From Acidobacteriota bacterium (lineage in GTDB: Bacteria; Actinomycetota; Acidimicrobiia; Acidimicrobiales; SHLQ01), in contig JADFOM010000001.1 in assembly GCA_022562835.1 (NCBI GenBank), forward strand, positions 1-33,563: a DNA stretch of 33,563 bases. The letters are read 5' to 3'. The notes beneath the pieces were generated by a model, which ran no database searches, was not told the origin of the DNA, and worked only from the letters and a program-made list of their open reading frames with translations. Of this stretch, positions 17,399-26,351 are shown in pieces (position 1 is the first letter of the stretch; every line of letters starts with the position of its first letter). Position numbers and translations under genes: made by a program.

Positions 17399-17425
17399 TT
17401 GCTTTCGCTCACGCGCAGTTTGCCG

Positions 17426-18241
17426 TTAGTCGAGCCAGTCGGGCCAGTCGTCGGTCAAGGTCATCTCCCACCGTGGGTCACGTTTCTCCATAAACGCCAC
17501 TACACCTTCGCGGGCATCGGGACCCGCCATCAGGTGATGATGGAGTTCGGTTTCGAGACGCTCGATCTCCTCTGATCGGCCCTCTGGGTCGCGCCACAGA
17601 AGACGCTTCGTGACGCCGACCGACACGGGTGCCGTGTTGGTCGCGATGTCGCGGGCGACGTCCAGCGCACGGTCGAGTACGGCGTCGGCGGGTAGGGCTT
17701 CGTTTGCCAGACCCCAATCGGCGGCCTCGACGCCACTGAACATTCGACCCGTCAATAGAATCTCCGCGGCCCGCGCATGCCCGATCAGGCGAGGCAAGCT
17801 CCAGTGAGCGCGGGCGTCGGGCATGACCCCCCGGCGGACCTGCACAATGCCGAGTTTCGCATCCTGCGCGACGTAGCGCAGATCACATTGCAGTGTCATC
17901 GTCAGCCCAATGCCGATCGCGTGCCCATTGATTGCTGCGATCACGGGTTTGCGGACATCCCACGCATGGAAGCGAAACGGGTCCGCCGAAAACGCCGGCT
18001 TGTCGTCGGTCTGGGTCGGCGCGGCAAACACAGAGGCACCATCGGAGAAGTCCGCGCCAGCACAAAAGGCGCGGCCCTGTCCGGTTAACACGACGACGCG
18101 AACATCGTCGTCGGTGTCGCATCGGGCCCAGGCGTCCTGTAGCTCAGCGGCCATCTCACCGCTGAATGCATTGAGCTTGTCGGGACGATCGAGCGTGATC
18201 GTCGCCACGCCGTTTGTCAGATCAAATCGGGTTGAACTCAT
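17426..18241 (-). CDS. Enoyl-CoA hydratase/isomerase (crotonase family)
   Basis: ITLDRPDKLNAF, VVVLTGQGRAFCAGADF and PVIAAINGHAIGIG motifs. 271 aa. Confidence 0.9.
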   Translation of the reverse strand: MSSTRFDLTNGVATITLDRPDKLNAFSGEMAAELQDAWARCDTDDDVRVVVLTGQGRAFCAGADFSDGASVFAAPTQTDDKPAFSADPFRFHAWDVRKPVIAAINGHAIGIGLTMTLQCDLRYVAQDAKLGIVQVRRGVMPDARAHWSLPRLIGHARAAEILLTGRMFSGVEAADWGLANEALPADAVLDRALDVARDIATNTAPVSVGVTKRLLWRDPEGRSEEIERLETELHHHLMAGPDAREGVVAFMEKRDPRWEMTLTDDWPDWLD

Positions 18242-18277
18242 CGTGCTTTCACCCTGTCACGAGAAACAGCTTCGAGC

Positions 18278-18979
18278 TCAACGCGGGTCGTCAACGACGC
18301 GACCGTCAAGGTCTGTGTCCTCGGCATTATCAGCGTCGATCATCCGCGCGCGCCGATGTATTCGCACGCGTCGAAACACGACGACCGCGAGAACTATCGC
18401 GATGTACTTGCCGTTGCCGCCTCGTTGGCTCAGCCAGCTGAAAAGGCTCGCACCGGCGATCACGTTGAGAAGAATCCCCGGAATGATGCCGAGGCCGGTG
18501 CCGATGAGAAATGGACGCCACCTCACCTTGGAAACTCCGAGAAGCCAGTCGGCGGGTGGCAACATGCCGGTGAACAGGCGAAGGAGGAACACCGGCCATA
18601 TCCGCTCGTTGTCGAAGCGGTCGTTCCAGCGGGCCATACGCGGAGGGATGTGTCGCTCTGCCCAGTCGCGACCGATCCAGCGTGCGAACGCGAAAGCGAT
18701 CGTGCTTGCGCCCATATTGCCGATCCAGCTCAACAAGACTGCTTGCGGCGTGGACCAGACCAGACCAGCGGGCACCATGAAGATCACTCCCGGCAAACCG
18801 ATCGGCTGGAACACCCACATGATTGCAACGAACACGACCGGACCCCATACGCCCGTCTCGGTCAGGAGCCGCTCGATCTCGTCGGGGTCGGTCCATCCGG
18901 CCTCATACGCCCATGCCAGCAGCCCGAGCCCAACCAGTACGACCACCGCAAGGATGAGCCCGCGGGACCGGTTGCTCAT
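18278..18979 (-). CDS. TVP38/TMEM64 (DedA/SNARE-associated) family membrane protein
   Basis: Multi-TM protein containing ...GLPGVIFMVPAGL...GASTIAFAFARWIGRDW.... ATG 18979-18977 overlaps the ATPase stop (ATGA). Confidence 0.8.
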   Translation of the reverse strand: MSNRSRGLILAVVVLVGLGLLAWAYEAGWTDPDEIERLLTETGVWGPVVFVAIMWVFQPIGLPGVIFMVPAGLVWSTPQAVLLSWIGNMGASTIAFAFARWIGRDWAERHIPPRMARWNDRFDNERIWPVFLLRLFTGMLPPADWLLGVSKVRWRPFLIGTGLGIIPGILLNVIAGASLFSWLSQRGGNGKYIAIVLAVVVFRRVRIHRRARMIDADNAEDTDLDGRVVDDPR

Positions 18980-21309
18980 GGCGCATTCGGTGAGAGGCGC
19001 CCGGTCAACCATGGCACCGCGATAACACCGAGTGAGCCGATGGCTGCGCCCGTGAGCACTATCGTCCAGGCCGCGGCGGGTAACCTCTCCAGCTCGAAAT
19101 AGTCGCGAAGCATCGGGATCGACGCAACCGCCGCGTAGCTAGCTCCCATCGCGACCACGAGACCAACCTTCCAAGTACGCAGAGGTCGAGCAACGACGAT
19201 CAGAATTGTCAGTGCGATCACGAGGAGGCAGATCGTTGCAGCGGTCCGAGCCTCCTCGATGCTGTAGTCACCGCGGCGGATGATCTCGAAGACGGTGACC
19301 GCAGCGGTTCCGGCGCAAGCGCCTGCCGGCAGCGAAAACCAGAGCGTCCGAGAAAGGAATCCGGGCCTCACCAGCTCGCTGTCAGGCGCGAGCGCCAGGA
19401 AGAAGCCAGGGATGCCGATGCTGAACGTGCCAATGAGTGTGAGCTGGCGTGGTAGGAACGGGAACGGCGAACCGATGATCACGATAATCAGGGTTATGAG
19501 AACGGCGTAGGTGGCCTTCGAGATGAAGAGGTTGGCGACCCGTTCAACGTTGTTGATGACCCTGCGACCCTCGCTCAATACGCGTGGGAGCGTCGAGAAC
19601 TTGTTGTCCAACAACACGAGCTGTGCAACGGCGCGGGTGGCCGACGAGCCCGAACCCATGGCGATGCCCATATCACTGTCCTTGAGCGCGAGGACGTCGT
19701 TTACGCCATCGCCGGTCATTGCTACGATGCGTCCATCGCGTTGCAGCGAGCCGACCATCGATCGCTTCTGATGAGGTGTCACACGACCAAATACGACCTC
19801 GCGTCGGACGATCTCATCGAACTCCTCACCCTCATCTGGCAGGGTCGTGGCGTCGTATCCGACGTCCGCGCCGGCAATCCCTGCTCGCCGCGCCACCGCC
19901 GCGACGGTGTCGGGATGATCGCCCGAAATTACGCGCAAATCGACTCCCTCCGCCGCGAAGAAAGCGAAGATCTCCGCGGCGTCGGGCTTGATCGTGTCCT
20001 CGAGCAGCACAAAGGCGATCGGATCTCGTCTTTTTGACAACTGACTCGAGTCGGCCGATGTCTCGCCGACAGCGCGAGCCAACAGAAGCACCCTGCGGCC
20101 CTCGCGTGCGTGTTCGAGCATGCGCACACGTTCGCCGTCGTCGTTGTCGTCAAAGAGAATGTCGGGAGCGCCAAGGTAGAAGGTGCCATGCCCCTCGAAA
20201 CTCGCAGAAGCCCACTTGCGGGCAGAACTAAATGGCACGATCTCGGTCGGGACCCAGCCGGGATCAGCGCAGACAGAGGCCACCGCTGCAAGCGAAGCGT
20301 TTGGATTTTGGTCGGCCGCTGCCATTGCACCTAGCGCGGCGTGAACGGTGGTTTCACTCGTGTCGCGGAGCGGCTCGATCCCGCCGAGAGATATCTCGCC
20401 GGTCGTGATGGTGCCCGTCTTGTCGAGACAGAGCGTGTTGACACGCGCCAGAAGTTCGACCGTGGCAAGTTCCTTCGCGAGCGCCTGATGGCGGGCGAGG
20501 ACGATGACACCCGCGATAAAGGCCAAGCTGGTGAGTAGCACCAACCCATCGGGGACCATCGCCACGGTCGCGGCAACCATTCCTTGTAGCGCGTCTTGCC
20601 ACTCGTCTTGCACGTTGAGCAGGCGGATCAACAACAAGATCGATACGGGAGGGATTATCACCATCAGCCAACGCATTATGACGTTGACACCTTGACGCAG
20701 TTCAGAATCGGCGAGTTGAAAGCGTCGAGCCTCCTCGGCGAGCGTGCTCGCGTAACTCTCCGCGCCGATTCGTTGAGCGCGCACGTGGCCCGAACCTGCC
20801 GCGACGAAAGAGCCCGACAGAACCTGGTCGCCGACATCTTTGAGCACGGCCTCGGCCTCGCCGGTCAGCAGCGACTCGTCGATCTCGAGGCCGACACCAT
20901 CTACCACCTCTCCGTCGACGACGATCTGATCACCGGTCTCGATGCTCAGCAGATCGTCTGCTACGACCTCGCTCAGGGCGACCTCACTCTCGGCACCGTC
21001 GCGTAGAACCCGCGCCTTTGGTGCCGACAACACCGTGAGGTTGTGCAGCGTTTTGCGCGCCCTGAGCTCCTGGCTGATGCCGATGACGCTGTTGGAGATG
21101 ACGACACCTACAAAGAGTCCGTCCTCGGGGTATCCGGCGATCAGAATCAGGACGAACAGCGTCGACATGATCGCGTTGACCGGTGTGAAAACGTTGGCCC
21201 GCAGGATTTGAGGGAGGGTGCGCACGGGCGCGTCGGGTACGTTGTTGACGCGCCCGTCGGCGACCCGTTCGGCAACCTCCGCGGCGCTGAGGCCGGTGGC
21301 GAGGCTCAC
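18976..21309 (-). CDS. Cation-translocating P-type ATPase (no N-terminal metal-binding domain; CtpE-like / P2-like)
   Basis: LTGEAE actuator motif, phosphorylation site CLDKTGTITTGE, hinge MTGDGVNDVLALK and TM4 VPDGL. 777 aa. The GTG start overlaps the Nudix stop (GTGA). Confidence 0.9.
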   Translation of the reverse strand: MSLATGLSAAEVAERVADGRVNNVPDAPVRTLPQILRANVFTPVNAIMSTLFVLILIAGYPEDGLFVGVVISNSVIGISQELRARKTLHNLTVLSAPKARVLRDGAESEVALSEVVADDLLSIETGDQIVVDGEVVDGVGLEIDESLLTGEAEAVLKDVGDQVLSGSFVAAGSGHVRAQRIGAESYASTLAEEARRFQLADSELRQGVNVIMRWLMVIIPPVSILLLIRLLNVQDEWQDALQGMVAATVAMVPDGLVLLTSLAFIAGVIVLARHQALAKELATVELLARVNTLCLDKTGTITTGEISLGGIEPLRDTSETTVHAALGAMAAADQNPNASLAAVASVCADPGWVPTEIVPFSSARKWASASFEGHGTFYLGAPDILFDDNDDGERVRMLEHAREGRRVLLLARAVGETSADSSQLSKRRDPIAFVLLEDTIKPDAAEIFAFFAAEGVDLRVISGDHPDTVAAVARRAGIAGADVGYDATTLPDEGEEFDEIVRREVVFGRVTPHQKRSMVGSLQRDGRIVAMTGDGVNDVLALKDSDMGIAMGSGSSATRAVAQLVLLDNKFSTLPRVLSEGRRVINNVERVANLFISKATYAVLITLIIVIIGSPFPFLPRQLTLIGTFSIGIPGFFLALAPDSELVRPGFLSRTLWFSLPAGACAGTAAVTVFEIIRRGDYSIEEARTAATICLLVIALTILIVVARPLRTWKVGLVVAMGASYAAVASIPMLRDYFELERLPAAAWTIVLTGAAIGSLGVIAVPWLTGRLSPNAP

Positions 21310-22037
21310 CCCGACTCCGACTGTTCGAAGTGGTATCGGTCACCGTACATGCGGAGCCGATGACGGGGCCCGGGCATGTGCGGGTCGTTGGTGTCGTATC
21401 CGGCATCGCCATGCCACATGGCAACCGGTCCATCTGAGTCGAGGCCGATGTGTGTCTCGTAGAACGCGGGCTCGATGTGATGAGCCCACTCCAGAAACGA
21501 CGACACAGTGTCGTGTTGCGATAGATGGTGAAGTGTTACCCACGTCGGCGGCGCCAACTCGATCTCCGCTCGATCGCGCCGTTCGAGTGCATCCAAAGGA
21601 GCCATCCACTCGGCGTCGTAGATCTCGCCGCCGTCGATCTCAACAACATCGGTGGTTGTTTCGGCCGCAAAAAAGAAGGTGGTGAACCGTTTGGGTGCGA
21701 CCGGTGGTGGGGTCCAGTGGGCAAACCACTCGAGTTGAGCAGCGTCGACGCCGATATCGGTTTCTTCGCGGGTCTCGCGCACCGCTGCGACACGCGCCGC
21801 GCGTTCGAGGTCACCGTCGTCGTCGTGGTAGTCCTCGAGATCGAGTCGTCCCCCCGGAAACACCCACATGCCACCGAACGTGATCTTCGAGTTCTTCCTG
21901 AGCATCAGTGTCTCGAGCTGACCCTGCCGTTCACTGACCAACACCAAGGTGGCGGCGGGTATCGCTGGAGTGTCACCTCGCGCGGCGGCGTCGCGCGCCC
22001 ATTTGGCGAAACGATCTCGATCTCGATGGGTTGTCAT
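21306..22037 (-). CDS. Nudix hydrolase
   Basis: Nudix box GGMWVFPGGRLDLED...AAVRETREETDI (Gx5Ex7REUxEExGU pattern). 243 aa. Confidence 0.8.
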   Translation of the reverse strand: MTTHRDRDRFAKWARDAAARGDTPAIPAATLVLVSERQGQLETLMLRKNSKITFGGMWVFPGGRLDLEDYHDDDGDLERAARVAAVRETREETDIGVDAAQLEWFAHWTPPPVAPKRFTTFFFAAETTTDVVEIDGGEIYDAEWMAPLDALERRDRAEIELAPPTWVTLHHLSQHDTVSSFLEWAHHIEPAFYETHIGLDSDGPVAMWHGDAGYDTNDPHMPGPRHRLRMYGDRYHFEQSESG

Positions 22038-22108
22038 TGGGCGCTATGCAATCACACCAGCGGGTGAAAAGGGGTACTGTCCGGACGGATTCGCCTACAA
22101 CAGGAGAT

Positions 22109-23788
22109 GTGTTGCAGACCGATGGCTTGTTAGAAGAGGTGCGTGCCGAACTTACCGGGCCCGGTGGGATGTTCGAGATCGGCACCGAAGAGGTGCGCGG
22201 TGAGCCGAGATCTGTCTGGGCTGGTCGCAGACGCAACCTCAACGAGCTGGTGGAGGGCTGTGCCAACCACGGCGACGCCGAGTTCCTTGTTCTAGGTGAC
22301 GTGCGCATTACCCATGCCGATTTTCTCAGACGAACAAACGCTCTGGCGCGCCGGCTGCGTGACGATTACGCCGTCTCGCCTGGTGACAGGGTCGCGATCT
22401 TCGCGGCGAACCGGCCGGAGTGGGTGATTACGTTCTATGCGGTTGCTCGTATAGGCGGCATCGTTGTTGCGATGAACGGGTGGTGGACCCGCGATGAGGC
22501 GGTCTATGGCCTCGATCTCGTGGACCCTGTTCTTTTGGTCGGTGATGCTAAGCGTCTCGCGCGGCTCGATGGGTTCGACCACGGCGCGGTCACACTCGAC
22601 CTCGACGAGGGTTTCGCCGAATTGATGGAAGGTGATGGCCCAGCGCCGCCGGTGAACCCGGCTGAGGACGATCCGGCCCTCATTCTTTTCACGAGTGGTA
22701 CCACGGGTCGTCCCAAGGGGGCCTTGATCTCGCATCGTGGGTTGATCGGATTCATAGACGGAATGATCTACCGCGGTGCCGAGGCTGCTTTCGTGAAGGC
22801 GCGCACCCACCCAGATTCGTTGAGCGCTCCACGTTCGCAGTTGATCACCCTCGCGACATCGCCGCTGTTTCATGTCTCCGGGCTCTTTGGTTCGACCCTT
22901 ATCGGTACGTCGGTCGGGTCAAAGCTGGTCTTTAGGAGCGGAAAGTTCGACGCTGACGAGGTGCTGGCATTGATCGAGGCTGAACGGGTGACGAGCTGGG
23001 GGGCGCTCGGGTCGATGGGTCCGCTCGTCGCACAGGCCGCGGCTGAATCGACCCGCGATCTTTCGAGCATCACAGGCATCGGATTCGGGGGAGCTCCTGT
23101 ATCGGAGACCGTGCAGAATCGTCTTCGAGAGGCCTTTCCGAACGCGGCGGCAAACTTCGGCATGGGTTACGGATCGAGTGAATCGGTTGCCGTCATCACA
23201 TCGATATCCGGAGCCGAGATGGTCGAACGGCCGGACTCATGCGGCACGGTCAACCCAACCTTCGACGTCGAGACACGTGACGATGATGGCAATGTGCTGC
23301 CCGAGGGCGCCGAGGGCGAGATCTTTGTGCGCAGCGCCTACACGATGCTCGGCTACTGGCGAAACGAGGAAGCGACCGCCTCGACCCTCATCGACGGCTG
23401 GCTGTCGACCGGTGACATCGGTCGCTTCGAAGATGGATATCTTTACATCAACTCTCGGGCACGGGACATGATCCTGCGCGCCGCTGAGAACATCTACCCG
23501 GTCGAGATCGAGCACCGGATCGAAGCGCACCCCGACGTAGCGGAGTGCGCCGTGCTGGGTGTCGATCACGCGACGCTTGGACAGGAGGTCTGCGCGGTCG
23601 TCGTGTTGAAGGGATCGGCTTCACTCGACGAGTCGGCAATGGGTACTTGGGTCGCCGAGACACTTGCTGGATTCAAAGTTCCGAGCGTCTGGCGTCAGCG
23701 AGACGAGCCCCTGCCGCGCAACGCGGCAGGCAAGGTCGTCAAGGATGTCTTGACCGGCGACCGTTCGCTCGATCAGATCGAGGAGTAG
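22109..23788 (+). CDS. Acyl-CoA synthetase / AMP-dependent ligase (FadD-like)
   Basis: AMP-binding motif LILFTSGTTGRPKGAL, plus YGSSE, TGDIGR and a C-terminal ..PRNAAGKV. The start is uncertain: GTG 22109 or TTG 22112 after CAGGAG. The 22031 start would overlap the divergent Nudix gene. Confidence 0.85.
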   Translation: MLQTDGLLEEVRAELTGPGGMFEIGTEEVRGEPRSVWAGRRRNLNELVEGCANHGDAEFLVLGDVRITHADFLRRTNALARRLRDDYAVSPGDRVAIFAANRPEWVITFYAVARIGGIVVAMNGWWTRDEAVYGLDLVDPVLLVGDAKRLARLDGFDHGAVTLDLDEGFAELMEGDGPAPPVNPAEDDPALILFTSGTTGRPKGALISHRGLIGFIDGMIYRGAEAAFVKARTHPDSLSAPRSQLITLATSPLFHVSGLFGSTLIGTSVGSKLVFRSGKFDADEVLALIEAERVTSWGALGSMGPLVAQAAAESTRDLSSITGIGFGGAPVSETVQNRLREAFPNAAANFGMGYGSSESVAVITSISGAEMVERPDSCGTVNPTFDVETRDDDGNVLPEGAEGEIFVRSAYTMLGYWRNEEATASTLIDGWLSTGDIGRFEDGYLYINSRARDMILRAAENIYPVEIEHRIEAHPDVAECAVLGVDHATLGQEVCAVVVLKGSASLDESAMGTWVAETLAGFKVPSVWRQRDEPLPRNAAGKVVKDVLTGDRSLDQIEE

Positions 23789-24102
23789 GGAGAGGCTGTT
23801 GCGTCGGCGACGATGACATCGTCGAGCAGCATCGAGGCGCGCAACGAACCGTCGGCATGAGCACTGATTGACAGCTCGTAACGCCGATCGATCGGCACAG
23901 CCTTGCGAAGACGAATATCAAGATTGTGACCAGAGCTGCCCGAGGCGTTGGTGAAGGCCAGCTCGAAGGCTTCGCGCACCGCACTGACAGAAGCGAAACC
24001 GAACCCGGTCGAGTGGGTGGGACGGGCAACCCAGTACTCGGTGTGGCTACTACCCATGAGGCACTGTAGGCCTGCGGCGAGACCTCGTCTGTGAGCGGGC
24101 AC
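23773..24102 (-). CDS. Hypothetical small protein (doubtful)
   Basis: Only open frame in the 23789-24172 gap with protein-like composition (…YELSISAHADGSLRASMLLDDVIV…). A 22-codon sample gave about 50% third-position GC, lower than neighbours by eye. It overlaps the fadD-like 3' end by 16 nt. No family recognised. Confidence 0.25.
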   Translation of the reverse strand: MPAHRRGLAAGLQCLMGSSHTEYWVARPTHSTGFGFASVSAVREAFELAFTNASGSSGHNLDIRLRKAVPIDRRYELSISAHADGSLRASMLLDDVIVADATASPYSSI

Positions 24103-24172
24103 GACTTCCTCTGCACCGTCGATGCGCTGCAGACGTGTGCCCTACGCCGCAATCTCCCCCATACTGGACGTC

Positions 24173-26275
24173 ATGAAAGCGTTCGTGGGATTGAAATGGG
24201 TACGTGTCGGTGCATTCGCGTTGGTTCTGATCGGTGTCGCCGCGTTGGTCACCAAGGATCAATGGGATTGGTTTTTCGAGCCCGACGATGCGCAGACGAC
24301 CGGTGTGTCCGCACCCACAATCGACGATGTCGGCGACAGCGAGCGGCTATACCGGATCTCGCCCGGCGCCGACTCGTCGGTGACCTACACGGTGCAGGAG
24401 CGCCTCGCCGGAACCTCCAAGAGTGCTTCGGGAACGACCGATGTGCTCGCTGGCGACATCGTCGTGAACCTCGAGGATCCGAGCCTGAGTCGGGTAGGTA
24501 CGATCGTCGTGAATGTCGAGATGTTCGAGTCGGATTCGCGTCTGCGCGATAAGCGAATCCGTCATGACTTCCTCGAGTCAACTCACTTTCCGTTCGCGAC
24601 ATTCGAAATGACCGAGGTCGAGGGGCTTCCCGACGCTGCAACCGACGGTAGGCCATCTGCGCTCACCATCACCGGCGATCTCACACTCAAGGAAACGACC
24701 GCACCTGTGACCTTCACCGGGCAGGCGACAATGGATGAGGACAAGCTGTCCGCGACCATGTCGACCACCCTATTGATGTCGGAGTTCGATATTGGACCCA
24801 TCAATATTGCCGGCCTGGTCCACACGTCCAATGAGATCGAAATGGACTTTGTGCTCGAGGCAGACCGCGTCGCGCTCGACAGTGCCGCCCCCGACGAGTC
24901 CGAACTGGCCGTTGCACCCTCACTTCCCGAACACGGAGAGGGGAATTTCTCCGAGGGCGTCCAGCCCATCCTCGAGGCGCGCTGCGTGAGTTGTCACACC
25001 ACCGTCGACGGACCGGGTTCGAGCACCTGGGCGCTCGATACCGCTGGCGACGCTGCCGAGATCGCCGAGGACATCGCGTTGGTCACCCAGTCCAGGTACA
25101 TGCCGCCTTGGCCGGCGTCGGACATGAGCCTCAAGTTCGAACACGACTATTCGCTCACCGGCGAGCAGGTCACCACCATTGCGCAGTGGGCTGAGTCCGG
25201 CGGCGGGCTCGACGTACCACCGGACACCAAACTTGAGGCGGGCGACGATTTGTTCGAACCGATCCAACGTGATCAGGTCGTCCCGCCGGCCGATCCCTAC
25301 ATTGGCAGTCTCGATCGTCCCGACGATTATCGGTGTCAGGTCCATGAGATCGCCGACCCCGAAGGTAATGGCACCTGGCTCAAGGGTATTGCGTTCGAAC
25401 CTGACGCGACCGAGATTGTGCACCACTCCATCATCTACCGCGTGCCGGAGTCGGGCCGAGCCGAGGTAGAGCGTCTCGACGGTGCTGACGGGAGTCCCGG
25501 CTGGACCTGTTTCGGACTGTCCAATCTGCAATCGCCTGGCGTCGGGTCCATCGGCGGATGGGCACCAGGTCAGCAACCGACGGTCTACCCCGACGGTGTA
25601 GGTCTCTATCTGGCCCCAGGCGACCTGATCGTCAATCAGATTCACTATCACTACGACGACTCGACGCCACCGGATTCCTCAGAGCTCGTGTTCGACACGA
25701 TTAGTGAAGCCGAGATCTCTGCTTCGGGCGAGACGATGCGTTCCATCAGGGGTCGTTCCTATCTGACGCCGGCCGAGGGTCCATGTACCCCCGAAGAGGT
25801 CGGACCGCTGTGCGATCGCGACGCGGTGCTCGACGACATCGACCAAAAGTACGGTGGCGTCGCTCGCTACATACCGAATTTTGTGTTGGGCAGATGTGGG
25901 GGCACGGTCGACGACTATGACGACCTTGATGGTTCGGTGTTCTACAGCGCGTGCGAATTGCCAGCTGGCGATTTCGGCAAGCTACGGTCGGTGCTCGGCC
26001 ATATGCACGAATTTGGTAAGGCCTACCGGATGACCCTCAATCCAGGAACGCCCGACGAGCGGATCTTGCTCGACATTCCGACCTGGAGCTTCGAGTGGCA
26101 GCTCTACTATGTGCCGACTGAGGACATAACGATCAAGCCCGGAGACTCTTATCTGTTCGAGTGTTGGTGGGACCGCTCACTTGTGTACATGGAGGAACCG
26201 CGTTACATAACGTGGAACGAGGGCACCGTCGATGAGATGTGCTTTTCCGGCGTGAGCGTCGTCCCAGAGAAGTAG
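24173..26275 (+). CDS. Membrane-anchored fusion: YceI-like domain + CxxCH (heme c) motif region + copper type II ascorbate-dependent monooxygenase (PHM/DBH-like) domains
   Basis: TM helix VGAFALVLIGVAALV. YceI-like region SSVTYTVQERLAG...SDSRLRDKRI.HDFLES..FP.ATF...ITGDLTLKE.TAPVTF. CVSCH lies at 24983-24997. The CuH-type ligands are HH (EIVHHSIIY) and H (NQIHYHY). The CuM-type ligands are HxH (GHMHEFGK) and Met (DEMCF). Confidence 0.8.
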   Translation: MKAFVGLKWVRVGAFALVLIGVAALVTKDQWDWFFEPDDAQTTGVSAPTIDDVGDSERLYRISPGADSSVTYTVQERLAGTSKSASGTTDVLAGDIVVNLEDPSLSRVGTIVVNVEMFESDSRLRDKRIRHDFLESTHFPFATFEMTEVEGLPDAATDGRPSALTITGDLTLKETTAPVTFTGQATMDEDKLSATMSTTLLMSEFDIGPINIAGLVHTSNEIEMDFVLEADRVALDSAAPDESELAVAPSLPEHGEGNFSEGVQPILEARCVSCHTTVDGPGSSTWALDTAGDAAEIAEDIALVTQSRYMPPWPASDMSLKFEHDYSLTGEQVTTIAQWAESGGGLDVPPDTKLEAGDDLFEPIQRDQVVPPADPYIGSLDRPDDYRCQVHEIADPEGNGTWLKGIAFEPDATEIVHHSIIYRVPESGRAEVERLDGADGSPGWTCFGLSNLQSPGVGSIGGWAPGQQPTVYPDGVGLYLAPGDLIVNQIHYHYDDSTPPDSSELVFDTISEAEISASGETMRSIRGRSYLTPAEGPCTPEEVGPLCDRDAVLDDIDQKYGGVARYIPNFVLGRCGGTVDDYDDLDGSVFYSACELPAGDFGKLRSVLGHMHEFGKAYRMTLNPGTPDERILLDIPTWSFEWQLYYVPTEDITIKPGDSYLFECWWDRSLVYMEEPRYITWNEGTVDEMCFSGVSVVPEK

Positions 26276-26351
26276 TTAGGGAACTTTCACAAGTTCGGCT
26301 GGTTACGCGCGATAATTAAGAAGGCCGAAACACGACTGCGAGGTTCCCACG

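Noticed and set aside
17910-19025. 371-aa plus-strand ORF
   Set aside because: It is antisense to the well-supported enoyl-CoA hydratase and TVP38/DedA genes. The product is Ser/Arg/Pro-rich low complexity. It is a shadow ORF, as are 1018..1767(-), 3899..4564(-), 13376..13960(-), 22292..22873(-), 24920..25651(-) and 31643..32128(-).
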